The position numbers and the translations under genes are program-made. Under the pieces are notes generated by a model that was not told where the DNA came from, ran no database searches, and was given only the letters and a program-made list of their open reading frames with translations. A stretch of DNA of 63,821 nt, the filler included, from Acidimicrobiia bacterium (GTDB lineage: Bacteria > Actinomycetota > Acidimicrobiia > Spongiisociales > JAENVV01), in the NCBI GenBank assembly GCA_041577335.1. It is 3 parts of 3 records of this genome, joined end to end, with 100 filler letters (N's around TTAATTAATTAA, not from the genome) between each part and the next. Parts side by side here need not be neighbours in the genome. Positions count along the whole stretch, not along the records: positions 1 to 26,429 come from JBFGJH010000045.1; 2 more parts are not named here. One strand, written 5' to 3'. Below are positions 9,698 to 19,709 of this stretch, piece by piece (the stretch's first letter is position 1; each line of letters opens with the position of its first letter).

Positions 9698-10104
9698 CCC
9701 ATCTCGGCGACCTGATCTCTGCCTACCTCGACGGTGAGACCACGAGTGCGGAAACCGCCCGAGTGGTCTCTCACATCGAGTCGTGCGAAAGGTGCAGAGC
9801 CGAGATGGCCGACGTCCATGCTGCTCGAGGCGCACTGCGGTCCCTCCCCGTACTCGAAGTCCCCGACGGTGTATTCGAGAACATCGGCCTGGCCCCCAGC
9901 GTGGTTCCGCTGCGTCGGCGGCCGGTGACCTGGGTTGCCGCCGCGGCTGCGGCGGTGTTGATCGTCGTTGCGTCCGCGTCTCTGGCTACGCCAGACGCGA
10001 TCGGAGTCACCCTGTACGACGTGTCGCTCAACCACGGGCAGCAGCAGCTGACCGATCCCGGGATCGCCCCCAAGCTCGCCATCCTGTCCGGGGCCGAACA
10101 ATGA
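9694..10104 (+). CDS. Zinc-finger (zf-HC2) anti-sigma factor, RseA-like
   Basis: LISAYLDGE...HIESCERC (HxxxCxxC), then a TM helix; ATGA overlap with sigE. Confidence 0.9.
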   Translation: MTHLGDLISAYLDGETTSAETARVVSHIESCERCRAEMADVHAARGALRSLPVLEVPDGVFENIGLAPSVVPLRRRPVTWVAAAAAAVLIVVASASLATPDAIGVTLYDVSLNHGQQQLTDPGIAPKLAILSGAEQ

Positions 10105-10985
10105 GGCGGATTGCGGTCGTTGGCATCACGGCGATGGTCGTCATTGCCGGTTTCGCCGCCGGAGCGTCGGCGCAGGTTGCCGAACTGGTAGAGCAGGGCG
10201 AGCAAGCTCGCTACTCGGGCGAACAGACCGTGGTCTGCAACACACCCGACGGCCGGACATCGGAAGTTTTCGAAGTTGCCCAGGCTGAGGGCGTGGCGGT
10301 GTCCCGGGACTCTGCAGGGGTCATGCGTGCCGCGGCCGTCACACCCACCGGCGAGTGGAATCTCGCCGGCAAGTATGAGGTGCGAGACCGAGGCGACGGA
10401 ACCTTTCTCCAACGGCCCGTCGCCGTCGTGGAGATCATCGAAGGCGAAATCCTGAGACTGCGTCTCCGTTTCGATCTCGAGACCGGCGTGTTGCTTGCGT
10501 CGGACGTGTACAACGGCGACGGCACACCGTATTGCTCGACCCGGTTTGTTGTCTTCGTGCCCGGTGACGCCGGTCTCGCCGCGAACGTGGAGCCCGAGCT
10601 CCTCGACCTTTCCTCGGTTGACTCGTTCAATGAGTCGGCTCTACCGGAGGAGATTGCCGGGTTCGACCGGATCTCCGTCGGCGAGGGCCCACGGGAGGAG
10701 ATTGTGTCGGCCTATTACGGCGACGGCATCTTCTCGTTCACCGTTCTCAATGCTGAGCGAGTCATCGACATCCCCGAACTGGCCGAAGCTCCCACTGCGG
10801 AGATCGAAGGTCACTCCTATCGACGGCAGTTCACACTCAGCACTGTCGTTGTTGAGTGGTCGTCCGATGAAGGGGGATACGTGCTGATAGGAAATATCCC
10901 GCTCGACGTGCAGTCACAGGTGCTGAGAGCGCTTCCCACACCCTCGCAGGGGTTCTTCGACCGCCTGTGGAGCCTGTTCAACTAG
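10101..10985 (+). CDS. Exported MucB/RseB-like anti-sigma accessory protein
   Basis: Signal peptide, YSGEQTV, FDLETGVLLA, YGDGIFSFTV pattern; ATGA overlap with the anti-sigma gene. Confidence 0.65.
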   Translation: MRRIAVVGITAMVVIAGFAAGASAQVAELVEQGEQARYSGEQTVVCNTPDGRTSEVFEVAQAEGVAVSRDSAGVMRAAAVTPTGEWNLAGKYEVRDRGDGTFLQRPVAVVEIIEGEILRLRLRFDLETGVLLASDVYNGDGTPYCSTRFVVFVPGDAGLAANVEPELLDLSSVDSFNESALPEEIAGFDRISVGEGPREEIVSAYYGDGIFSFTVLNAERVIDIPELAEAPTAEIEGHSYRRQFTLSTVVVEWSSDEGGYVLIGNIPLDVQSQVLRALPTPSQGFFDRLWSLFN

Positions 10986-11035
10986 CGAGACCTGACTCGG
11001 GTTCCTTGCCCGGCCGATTTGGTTCCTCGGCGACT

Positions 11036-11497
11036 TCAGGCCAGTGCCGCGAGGCTTTCCCAATACGACGAGATCGGCCTCGGCGTTCCGAGAGAATCTG
11101 AGGCGATGATGTCCCGGACCACGCCATCAGCGTCGAGAAGGTACGTGGACCGCTTGGCGCAACCGAATCGTTCGTCGAAGCATCCGTACGCCTTGGTCAC
11201 GGCGCCGTGCGGCCAGAAGTCGGACAATATCGGGAATTCGAATCCCTCCTCGGCCGCCCAGTGGCCGTTGACGACAGCGGTATCGCAGGTGATCACCACG
11301 ACGTTGGCGTCCATGGCATCGAGCTGTTGCATGTTGTCGCGCAGGTCACAGAGTTCGCCCGAGCATGTGCCACTCAACGCGAACGGGATGAACACAACGA
11401 GGGTGCGACGGCCCTTGAACGAATCAAGAGACACGGGCTCTCTCACTTGGCTGTAGAGCGTGAATTCGGGAGCCGGGGAGCCGACGGACGCGACCAT
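11036..11497 (-). CDS. Peroxiredoxin (AhpE-like)
   Basis: GSPAPEFTL, FIPFALSGTCSGELC, ILSDFWPHGAVTKAYG. Confidence 0.9.
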   Translation of the reverse strand: MVASVGSPAPEFTLYSQVREPVSLDSFKGRRTLVVFIPFALSGTCSGELCDLRDNMQQLDAMDANVVVITCDTAVVNGHWAAEEGFEFPILSDFWPHGAVTKAYGCFDERFGCAKRSTYLLDADGVVRDIIASDSLGTPRPISSYWESLAALA

Positions 11498-11551
11498 GAA
11501 GGGTCCTTTCGTGTCTTCGTGGGAGCGCAATGTAGCGGTGGCGGCTTGCGA

Positions 11552-12634
11552 TCAGATATCCGGCAGGAGGACGCGGGCTGCCCAGGCAACCGGGTCCTTG
11601 ACCTCGGAGATGCTGGGCATGATCTCGGGTCCTTCGAGGAGCCGATGGGCCGCATCCGATCCCCACCGAGCAGCCACCTCGGCCACGAACACTCGTCCGA
11701 GCTCGTAGGCGTCGGCTGAGATTTCAATGCCGACCAGGCGGTCCAGCATTTGGTCACCGCCGGTCGGCTCGCTCCGCAGCATGGCATGAGCGGACCGTAT
11801 CCGTCCTAGTTCGGGCAACAGCTTTTCACCCATGGTGTCGAGGAGATACTCCACGTAGCCGGCCAGGACGATCACGAGAGCGTGCAAATCGCCGAGCGAG
11901 GCGCGCTGCTCGTCGGGTGACATGAGACCGGAAAGGCCTACCGGGTCTTCCATGAGGCGCTGGATCTCGGTGGGGTCGCTGATCGATTGGAACCTCTCGA
12001 AAAGACTGGAAAGGTCGAGCCCGACGCCCGCCGAGTATTCGGCGGCTCGTTCCTTGAGGAGCGGGCGCACCCAGGCCTGGTCGACAAAAGTCTTGTGGGC
12101 GACTTCCTGGACCGCGGCCCAGAGCCTCACCTGGCGTCGATCGAGGTCGTAGTCAACGGCCATTGCCTCGAGGTTGGGCACGATCAGCTGGGGAGGCGCA
12201 ACCTGGGACGATGGAAAGCCGGCGTCGAACGTCCCGAGCGCGCGATGTCCGAGAAAGCCCACGAATGATCCCATCTGGAGGCCCAGCATGGCGGGCATCA
12301 TCGGCTGAATGATCATGGCCATCGGGTCGTCCGGCGACAGCTCCGGTGCCGCCACGTCGGCGACCAGGTAGTCATACGCCTTGAGGTTCGCCTCGATCCA
12401 CGACCGTTTGTCCATCGGCTGGATATCGATGGCCGAGTCGGGGGAAAGGGGCGTTGTTGCCTCGAGCTGGAGTTGGGCGAGCCTGCCCAAGTCTTGGTAT
12501 TCCTCGGTGATCCACGGATCGAGAGGCTCGGCGTCGCCGGCGAGTTGCTTGGCAACCTCGGCTCCCAGCTTCCAGTTCACAGGTCCGGGGGCATTGAAGA
12601 GCTCAAAGAGCTGGCTGAAAAGATCGTCGCTCAT
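11552..12634 (-). CDS. DUF2342/zincin-like putative metalloprotein
   Basis: GPVNWKLG, WIEANL, LIVPNL, RLWAAVQEVAH, YELGRVFV. Confidence 0.8.
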   Translation of the reverse strand: MSDDLFSQLFELFNAPGPVNWKLGAEVAKQLAGDAEPLDPWITEEYQDLGRLAQLQLEATTPLSPDSAIDIQPMDKRSWIEANLKAYDYLVADVAAPELSPDDPMAMIIQPMMPAMLGLQMGSFVGFLGHRALGTFDAGFPSSQVAPPQLIVPNLEAMAVDYDLDRRQVRLWAAVQEVAHKTFVDQAWVRPLLKERAAEYSAGVGLDLSSLFERFQSISDPTEIQRLMEDPVGLSGLMSPDEQRASLGDLHALVIVLAGYVEYLLDTMGEKLLPELGRIRSAHAMLRSEPTGGDQMLDRLVGIEISADAYELGRVFVAEVAARWGSDAAHRLLEGPEIMPSISEVKDPVAWAARVLLPDI

Positions 12635-12665
12635 GATTCCTGGATCGACTCGTACACTGCATTCT

Positions 12666-13100
12666 ATGGAGTTCGACGACCTACGGACACTCGTGGCGGT
12701 GCGAGGCCGCGCGCTCGACGTGGCCGCACTCTACGAGGCGGTGCGCGATGATCGTGCAGGAGCGTCCGTGATCTTCACCGGCATGGTCCGTAATCATGCT
12801 CCCGGAAAGACCGGAGTGACCCACCTCGAATATGAAGCCTACGACGAGCATGTCGCCGGCAAGATCGAAGAGATCTGCGTCGAGGTGCGCCGCCAATGGA
12901 ACGTGCTCCATATCGCGGTCGAGCACCGCACAGGCACCGTGGTCGTTGGCGAGCCCTCGGTGGTGGTTGCCGTGTCGTCGGCGCATCGCGGCGACGCTTT
13001 CGAAGCGGGACGATATGTGATCGACCAGCTCAAGCAACGGGCTCCCATCTGGAAAAAAGAACACGCTGCCGAAGGCGCCGAGTGGGTGCAAGGCGCCTGA
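12666..13100 (+). CDS. moaE: Molybdopterin synthase catalytic subunit MoaE
   Basis: GASVIFTGMVRNH, LEYEAY, HRTG, VSSAHRGDAF, LKQRAPIWKKE. Confidence 0.93.
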   Translation: MEFDDLRTLVAVRGRALDVAALYEAVRDDRAGASVIFTGMVRNHAPGKTGVTHLEYEAYDEHVAGKIEEICVEVRRQWNVLHIAVEHRTGTVVVGEPSVVVAVSSAHRGDAFEAGRYVIDQLKQRAPIWKKEHAAEGAEWVQGA

Positions 13101-13263
13101 ATTCGTCGGCCTGCTACAGATTTCACCAATATGTCGCGCTTTCCTCTGCGAACGCTCCCAGGTTCTTTTAGGGTTTGGGCGTTCGTCACTACGTTCCGCC
13201 AGGCGGAATAGGTCGGGCCGCACCGGGTCCGCACACCACAATGCAACGTAAGGAGGAGGTCCC

Positions 13264-15147
13264 ATGACAGCAACGATGGACGCCCTCGAAACGCCGGGCA
13301 TCGGAGCTGGCTACCCGACGGTCGCCGTTCGGGTGAAGGAATGGGCCGAGTCTCTCCCGGATGCAGTGGCGCTGCGCGAAAAGGACTACGGCATCTGGCA
13401 GGAGATCACCTGGGCCGAGCTGTGGGATCTCATCGTCGATGCAGCCCATGGACTGTTGGCCCTGGGAGTGGAACCCGGCGACCGGGTCTCGATTCATTCG
13501 GAAGATCGGCCCGAGTGGGTGATTCTCGACATCGCCACGGTGGCCGTGCGGGGGATCACGGTCGGTCTCTATCCGACGAATCCGGCGGCTGAAGTCGAGT
13601 ATCTCCTCAATGACTCCGCCTCGAGAGTGCACCTTGCCGAAGATCAAGAGCAGGCGGACAAGGTCATCGACATTCTCGATCGCCTCACGGTGCTCGAGAA
13701 GATCATCCACGTCGAGCCGCGCGGCTTCCGTGACCTGCGCGACGACGACCGCTTCATCTTCTGGGATGACTTCCTCGACCTCGGTCGCTCTCACCGTTCC
13801 GAGCATCCCAACGCGGTGGCCGAGCGAATGGCCGATGCGACCGGCGACGATGTGATGACCCTCGTCTACACCTCGGGAACCACCGGGCCGCCCAAGGGAG
13901 CGATGCTCGTCAACGCCAACGTCACATTCTGCGAGGAAACACTCGTCACGGCCAAGAATCGTATGCGCAATGACCGCCAGCCCGGCCCCGATGACCAGAT
14001 TCTGACCTATCTGCCTCTCTGTCACGTGGCCGAGCGCATCTTCTCCACCTGGACCATGACCAGCACCGGTGCGGTGCTCAATTTCGCCGAGTCGATCGAA
14101 ACGGTGCAAGAGAACCTGCGCGAGATTCAACCAACGTTGTTTTTCGCGGTGCCCCGCATCTGGGAGAAGCTCCACGCCGGCGTCATCATCAAAGCCAAGG
14201 ATGCGACTCCTTTCAAGCGCTGGTGGTTCAAGCTCGGCTTTGCCATGGCGGACTACGTGGGGCGGGAGCGGATCAAGAACGGCGGTGACCACAGCCTGTC
14301 GGGCCGCATCGTCTACGCAATCGGATATCCGCTCGTGTTTCGGGCGCTGCGCGAGCGCATCGGCCTTCGCCGCTGTCGCTGGGCGGCCTCGGGGGCTGCG
14401 CCGATCGCCCCCGAGGTGATTCAGTTCTTCCACGGCCTGGGCGTCGACGTCATGGAGCTGTACGGCATGACCGAGAACTCGGCGGTGGCGACCTACAACC
14501 CTGTTGGCGACATGAAGCTGGGAACCGTCGGTCTTCCGTATCCGGGGATCGGATTCCGAATCGATGAGGCAACCGGAGAGATCCAAACCAAACATCCCGG
14601 CGTGTTCAAGGGCTACTGGAACAAACCAGACAAGACCGCTGAGACGTTCACCGCTGATGGCTGGCTGAAGACCGGAGACGTGGGAGAGTGGGTGGACGGC
14701 ACCCACGTGAAGATCGTCGACCGCATGAAAGACATCATCATCACGTCGGGCGGCAAGAACATCTCGCCGTCGGAAATCGAAAACAGCCTGAAGACGTCGC
14801 CGTACGTCAAAGAGGCGATGGTCATCGGCGAGCGCCGCAAATACCTGACCGCGCTCATCGGCATCGAACTCGACACGGTCGGCGACTGGGCCACCCGCCG
14901 GAACATCCCGTACACCACATACCGCGACCTCTCCGAGAAGCCGGAGGTGCTCGAACTCATCGAAGCCGTCGTGGGCTCAACCAACGAGAAGTTCTCCCGG
15001 GTGGAGAACATCCGCAAGTTCCGATTGATCCCCAAGGAACTCGACCATGAAGACGGCGAGTTGACCGCCACCCAGAAACTGAAGCGCTCGTCCATGGCCG
15101 CCATGTTCGAAGATCTCATCGAAGACATGTATCGGTCCAAGGACTAG
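13264..15147 (+). CDS. Long-chain fatty acid-CoA ligase (AMP-binding)
   Basis: YTSGTTGPPKG, LPLCHVAER, YGMTE, WLKTGDVG, DRMKDIIITSGGKNI; strong AAGGAGGAGG RBS. Confidence 0.92.
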   Translation: MTATMDALETPGIGAGYPTVAVRVKEWAESLPDAVALREKDYGIWQEITWAELWDLIVDAAHGLLALGVEPGDRVSIHSEDRPEWVILDIATVAVRGITVGLYPTNPAAEVEYLLNDSASRVHLAEDQEQADKVIDILDRLTVLEKIIHVEPRGFRDLRDDDRFIFWDDFLDLGRSHRSEHPNAVAERMADATGDDVMTLVYTSGTTGPPKGAMLVNANVTFCEETLVTAKNRMRNDRQPGPDDQILTYLPLCHVAERIFSTWTMTSTGAVLNFAESIETVQENLREIQPTLFFAVPRIWEKLHAGVIIKAKDATPFKRWWFKLGFAMADYVGRERIKNGGDHSLSGRIVYAIGYPLVFRALRERIGLRRCRWAASGAAPIAPEVIQFFHGLGVDVMELYGMTENSAVATYNPVGDMKLGTVGLPYPGIGFRIDEATGEIQTKHPGVFKGYWNKPDKTAETFTADGWLKTGDVGEWVDGTHVKIVDRMKDIIITSGGKNISPSEIENSLKTSPYVKEAMVIGERRKYLTALIGIELDTVGDWATRRNIPYTTYRDLSEKPEVLELIEAVVGSTNEKFSRVENIRKFRLIPKELDHEDGELTATQKLKRSSMAAMFEDLIEDMYRSKD

Positions 15148-15151
15148 CTGC

Positions 15152-16117
15152 GTGCTCACTTTCCTCGCGCAGGAAGTTTCCGAGCCGTCCGCATTCGCCG
15201 AGTTTTTGGCCGAAGGGCTTTCGCTCGGCGCCATCTACGCGTTGCTGGCGATGGGTTTTGTGATCATCTTCAAAGCCACCCAGGTCCTGAACTTCGCCCA
15301 CGGCGCTCTGGCCGGCGCCGGGGCTTTCCTCGTGGCGGCGTTTGCTTCGATCTTGAACATCCCGGGCCGGTACATGGTGAACGCCCCGGCATGGCTGCAA
15401 TGGACCCTGTCGGTCATCGTGGCGTTGTTCTTTGCCGCACTGATGGGAATGCTCCTCGAGAGGTTGTTCCTGCGACCCATGGTCGGCGAGACACTGTTCG
15501 CCGTGGCGATCGTCACCCTCGGCATTGACATCTCACTGCGAAACATCACCAATGACTTCATTGGGACCGACCCGCGGTCGCTGGGAGGGCCGTTCGGGAC
15601 CAGCGTCCTCGACTTGGGCTGGGTGCGCATCGCCCATTGGGAGATCGCCACGATTGTCACCTCATTGGTGATGGTCGGCCTCGTCGCCGCGTTCTTCCGG
15701 AGCCGAACCGGCATCGCCATGCGAGCCACCGCCTTCGACCAGGAAGCCGCCCGCGCCCAGGGCATCAACGTCGGCAGGATCTTCTCCATCGCCTGGGCGA
15801 TCGGCGCCGTTCTGGCCACCATTGCCGGGATCTTCGTCTCAGTGTTCCCACGCCGGTCCGCCGGCGTCGATACCACCACTGCGTTCTTCGCGTTCAAGGC
15901 TTTCCCCGTCATCATCCTGGGGGGGCTCGACTCAATCGTTGGAGCGGTGGTCGGAGCGTTCATCATCGGCCTGGCCGAAGCGGCAGCAGGCGAGTGGATC
16001 AAGTTCGATTTCCTTGGTGCCGGCTTCGGGGGCATCGTGCCCTACTTGCTGATGCTCTTGGTGCTGTTGGTGCGGCCATACGGCCTCTTCGGCACGGAGG
16101 AGGTCCGACGCGTATGA
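15152..16117 (+). CDS. HAAT (branched-chain amino acid type) ABC permease, LivH-like
   Basis: GAIYALLAMGFVIIFKATQVLNFAHG, GIAMRATA, IILGGLDS, RPYGLFG. Confidence 0.92.
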   Translation: MLTFLAQEVSEPSAFAEFLAEGLSLGAIYALLAMGFVIIFKATQVLNFAHGALAGAGAFLVAAFASILNIPGRYMVNAPAWLQWTLSVIVALFFAALMGMLLERLFLRPMVGETLFAVAIVTLGIDISLRNITNDFIGTDPRSLGGPFGTSVLDLGWVRIAHWEIATIVTSLVMVGLVAAFFRSRTGIAMRATAFDQEAARAQGINVGRIFSIAWAIGAVLATIAGIFVSVFPRRSAGVDTTTAFFAFKAFPVIILGGLDSIVGAVVGAFIIGLAEAAAGEWIKFDFLGAGFGGIVPYLLMLLVLLVRPYGLFGTEEVRRV

Positions 16118-17373
16118 GGGGCAGGCCCAATCTCTTCACGTCGTACGAGTCCGATCAGGCGATGCTCAACACCACCACCAAGAAAGTCATCTTGTTCACT
16201 CTGTTGGCATTCTTGGTGCTGCTGCCGTTCACCGGAGGCGGAGGGCCGGGGAATGTGCGCCTGTTCGATTGGACCATCCCCGGGTTTGGGTGGCTCGCCG
16301 CCGAGTCGTGGCTGCAGCTCATGGGCACCGTGTGCATCTTTGGTATTGCGGCGCTCGGGTTGAATCTTCTGACCGGCCTCGCCGGCCAGGTGTCCCTTGG
16401 CCACGCTTTCTTCATGGGAATCGGCGCATATACGGCCGCCTGGCTGGGAGCAGCGGAAGGGCCCCTTCTGGGCATGGGAATGCCGATTTGGATCTGGCTG
16501 CCGGCCGCGGGACTGGTGGCTGCCGGCGTCGGTGTGCTCGTCGGACCGACGGCGGTCCGGGTTCGTGGCCTGTATTTGGCGATCGTGACGCTCGGACTCG
16601 TGTTCATTGGAGAATACTTCTTCCGCAACTGGCGAACCTTGACGGGGGGATCGCAGGCGGGCCGCGATTTCCCGCGTCTCCAGGTGAGGTTCTGGAAAGA
16701 AGAGGCGGCTCTCATCGATACGACCGCCGATGGCTCATGGCTGACGACCAACGGTAAGGGTTTCTTGTTCCTGCTATTCCTACTCGTGGTCTTTGCGTTG
16801 CTTGCCAAGAACATTCAGCGCACTCGCACGGGGCGTGCGTTTCAGGCGATCCGGGACCGTGATGTTGCCGCCGAGATCATGGGCGTCAACGAATTCCGTT
16901 ACAAGCTGCTGGCCTTCGGCCTCAGTTCGTTTTATGCCGGGGTCGCCGGAGCGCTACTCGCCGCGTACTTTGGCCGAACCATCCCTGAGCGATGGGACCT
17001 TTTCCTGTCAGTCCAGCTCATCGCCATCCTTCTCATCGGCGGGGCCGGGACAACCTCCGGAGCCATCCTGGGTTCCGCCTTTGTGATCATGCTCCCTCGC
17101 TTTGTGCAAAACGGCACCGAGTGGCTCAAGGGCCAGATCGCAGAGGGCGGCATCATTGCGACGATTGCCGACCCCATCATCGCCACTTCCAACACCGACT
17201 TCGGCCTCATCAACACGCTGCCAGGTACTGGTCCCGGCTTGAGCGTGTTGCAGCTGAACCAAGTTCTCTACGGACTGCTTATTATCTTGTTTCTGATCTT
17301 CGAACCTTTCGGCCTCTACGGCATCTGGTTGAGGATCCGGAATTATTGGAAAGGATGGCCTTTCACGTATTGA
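16114..17373 (+). CDS. HAAT ABC permease, LivM-like
   Basis: GLNLLTGLAGQVSLGHAFF, RVRGLYLAIVTL, GRAFQAIRD; ATGA overlap at 16114. Confidence 0.92.
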   Translation: MRGRPNLFTSYESDQAMLNTTTKKVILFTLLAFLVLLPFTGGGGPGNVRLFDWTIPGFGWLAAESWLQLMGTVCIFGIAALGLNLLTGLAGQVSLGHAFFMGIGAYTAAWLGAAEGPLLGMGMPIWIWLPAAGLVAAGVGVLVGPTAVRVRGLYLAIVTLGLVFIGEYFFRNWRTLTGGSQAGRDFPRLQVRFWKEEAALIDTTADGSWLTTNGKGFLFLLFLLVVFALLAKNIQRTRTGRAFQAIRDRDVAAEIMGVNEFRYKLLAFGLSSFYAGVAGALLAAYFGRTIPERWDLFLSVQLIAILLIGGAGTTSGAILGSAFVIMLPRFVQNGTEWLKGQIAEGGIIATIADPIIATSNTDFGLINTLPGTGPGLSVLQLNQVLYGLLIILFLIFEPFGLYGIWLRIRNYWKGWPFTY

Positions 17374-17454
17374 TCGTTCTGGCTCGCCGCTCGGGCGGCG
17401 AGGAGAAACCCGGCCGGGGCGTCCCGGCTCTATGCAGGAGGAAACCAAAAGACT

Positions 17455-18846
17455 ATGAGAAACAGAATGAAATGGCTGGCGCTCATGCTGGTGTTCGGTC
17501 TGGTAGCCGCAGCCTGCGGCAGCAGTTCTGAAACCACGGAAGCGCCCGCCGACACAGAGGCTCCCGCCGCAACCGAAGCGCCGGCCGCCACAGAGGCGCC
17601 GGCGGCAACCGAGGCGCCTACCGATACGGAGGCGATGATGGACATCGCTACCGACTTCGGCGTAGATCTCGACGCCGGAGTGATTCGGGTTGGCATGTTG
17701 TCGGACCTCACGGGTCCGTTCGGTCCGCTGGTATCGGCGATCCTGGCCGGTACGCAGGCCTACTGGGATGGAGTGAATGCCGCTGGAGGCGTCAACGGAC
17801 TCCAGGTGGAGCTAGTGGTTCGTGACACGGTCTACGTGATCGACAATCACATTGCCTTCTACGAAGAGATCAAGGACGACGTGGTCGCCCTCGGTCACTC
17901 CACCGGCTCACCCCACACTGTTGCCATCAACCCGCAGCTGCAAGCTGACGGAATGCTGGCGATCCCATTGACCTGGTATTCGGGATGGTCGGATCCGGCC
18001 ATCAACGCGAACCTGCTCTCGCACGGCACGCCGTATTGCGTGGAAGCTCACAACACGTTGGGGTACATCACCACCGAGGCACTGCCTGATTCGACGACCA
18101 TCGCCATTGCCTCCGTGCCAGGCGACTACGGTCAGGACTCGGCCCAGGGCGCCAAGCTCGCTGCCGAAGCAGCCGGACTCGAAGTTGTGTACGACGGCGA
18201 AGGCGCCATCATCCCCACCGACGAGACAACGCTGACCGCCGTTGCCGACGGCATCGTCGACTCAGGAGCGGACATCGTGTGGGTGGCGACCACGCCTTCC
18301 ACGATGTCTTCGATCTACGGCCAGGCTTTGGCGCAGGGGTTCGAGGCGGTGTGGTCGGGGCCCTCTCCGTCGTTCAGCCCGGCGTTTGTTGCACCGGACT
18401 CGGCGATCAAGGACGCGTTCACTCGTGACTTCATTGGTGGCACGTACACCAGCTTGTGGTCTGACGACGCCACCTCTGCCTTGGGCGAGCAGCTGGCAGA
18501 GGCCGGCCTGCCGCCTTCGGACTACTACTTCGAGGGCGTCGTAGAAGCGCAGATCATGCATGCGGCGTTGCTGAAGGCCTATGAGAACGGTGATATGACC
18601 CGTGCCGGCGTGTTGGCGGCTGGCAAGAGCCTCGACAACGTCGACTTCGGTGGAATAGCTCCATCCGAGGCTTATGCCGGCGACGCAGCGGATCGTCTGC
18701 AGCGCCAGGGTACGGTCTACAAGCCTGATCCGGACGGCTTGGCAGCAGGAACGAGCGGTGGAACCGTCTCACTCGCGACCAACTACACGTCTGACCTTGC
18801 CGCCAACTTCGATTTCACGGGTGCGTGTTACACGCTCGGTGGCTGA
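17455..18846 (+). CDS. HAAT ABC substrate-binding lipoprotein
   Basis: Lipobox LVAAAC, IRVGMLSDLTGPF, VNAAGGVNG; AGGAGG RBS. Confidence 0.9.
   Translation: MRNRMKWLALMLVFGLVAAACGSSSETTEAPADTEAPAATEAPAATEAPAATEAPTDTEAMMDIATDFGVDLDAGVIRVGMLSDLTGPFGPLVSAILAGTQAYWDGVNAAGGVNGLQVELVVRDTVYVIDNHIAFYEEIKDDVVALGHSTGSPHTVAINPQLQADGMLAIPLTWYSGWSDPAINANLLSHGTPYCVEAHNTLGYITTEALPDSTTIAIASVPGDYGQDSAQGAKLAAEAAGLEVVYDGEGAIIPTDETTLTAVADGIVDSGADIVWVATTPSTMSSIYGQALAQGFEAVWSGPSPSFSPAFVAPDSAIKDAFTRDFIGGTYTSLWSDDATSALGEQLAEAGLPPSDYYFEGVVEAQIMHAALLKAYENGDMTRAGVLAAGKSLDNVDFGGIAPSEAYAGDAADRLQRQGTVYKPDPDGLAAGTSGGTVSLATNYTSDLAANFDFTGACYTLGG
17536..17634 (+). repeat. In-frame 18-nt tandem repeat encoding a TEAPAA linker
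   Basis: TEAPAD TEAPAA TEAPAA TEAPAA TEAPTD TEA; codons diverged between units. Confidence 0.85.
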
Positions 18847-18861
18847 TCGAACTGTGAGCCA

Positions 18862-18887
18862 GGCGGGGCGGCACATGCCGCCCCGCC
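18862..18887 (+). terminator. Strong intra-operon hairpin after the SBP gene
   Basis: GGCGGGGCGGCA-CA-TGCCGCCCCGCC perfect inverted repeat; no U-tract, so possibly an mRNA stabiliser or partial terminator. Confidence 0.6.
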
Positions 18888-18911
18888 CCCTGACCGTTTG
18901 GTGGAGGACCG

Positions 18912-19709
18912 ATGCTGACCGTAGAGAACCTCGAAGTCGTGTACAACGATGTTGTGCTCGTGCTGCGCGGTGTCTCACTCGATGTGGGCGACGGGCAGAT
19001 CGTGGCGTTGTTGGGCGCCAACGGTGCCGGCAAAACAACCACGATGCGCGCAGTGACGGGCCTTCTCGAAGTCCACGAGGGCGATGTCACCAAAGGGAGC
19101 GTGACGTTCGACGGCACTGACATCACTCACCTTGACCCGTCCCACCGCGTGAAGTTGGGTATCAGCCAGGTCATGGAGGGCAGGCGCGTATTCGCCGAGC
19201 TCTCCGTCGACGAGAACTTGGCCGCAGGGGCCTATACGAACAAAGACTCCAAGGCTGTGAAAGAGTCCTACGAACGGGTCATGACCTTGTTTCCGCAGCT
19301 CGAGCAGCGCCGCAAATCGGTAGCCGGGTATTTGTCGGGCGGGGAGCAGCAAATGCTGGCCATCGGGCGTGCTCTCATGCAGGGGCCCAAGCTTCTCATC
19401 CTCGACGAGCCGTCACTGGGCCTTGCCCCGTTGCTCGTCCAGCAGATCCGCGACATCATCGTCGAGATCAACGAACAGGGCACCTCGGTGTTGCTGATCG
19501 AACAGAATGCCCACATGGCTCTGTCGATCGCCCACCACGGGTACATCATGGAAACAGGCAAGTTGGTGATGGACGGCGACCCCAAGAAGCTGCTCAAGGA
19601 TGAGGACGTGCAGGAGTTCTATCTGGGTCTCCACACCGACGGCGGCGGTGAGCGCAAGTCGTTCCGAGACGTCAAGCACTACAAGCGACGCAAGCGGTGG
19701 CTGTCATGA
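18912..19709 (+). CDS. ABC ATP-binding protein, LivF-like
   Basis: GANGAGKTT, LSGGEQQ, ILDEPSLGLAP, IEQNA. Confidence 0.93.
   Translation: MLTVENLEVVYNDVVLVLRGVSLDVGDGQIVALLGANGAGKTTTMRAVTGLLEVHEGDVTKGSVTFDGTDITHLDPSHRVKLGISQVMEGRRVFAELSVDENLAAGAYTNKDSKAVKESYERVMTLFPQLEQRRKSVAGYLSGGEQQMLAIGRALMQGPKLLILDEPSLGLAPLLVQQIRDIIVEINEQGTSVLLIEQNAHMALSIAHHGYIMETGKLVMDGDPKKLLKDEDVQEFYLGLHTDGGGERKSFRDVKHYKRRKRWLS

Noticed and set aside
17536..17634. Regulatory or phase-variable repeat array
   Set aside because: In-frame, codon-diverged TEAPAA linker typical of lipoprotein tethers.
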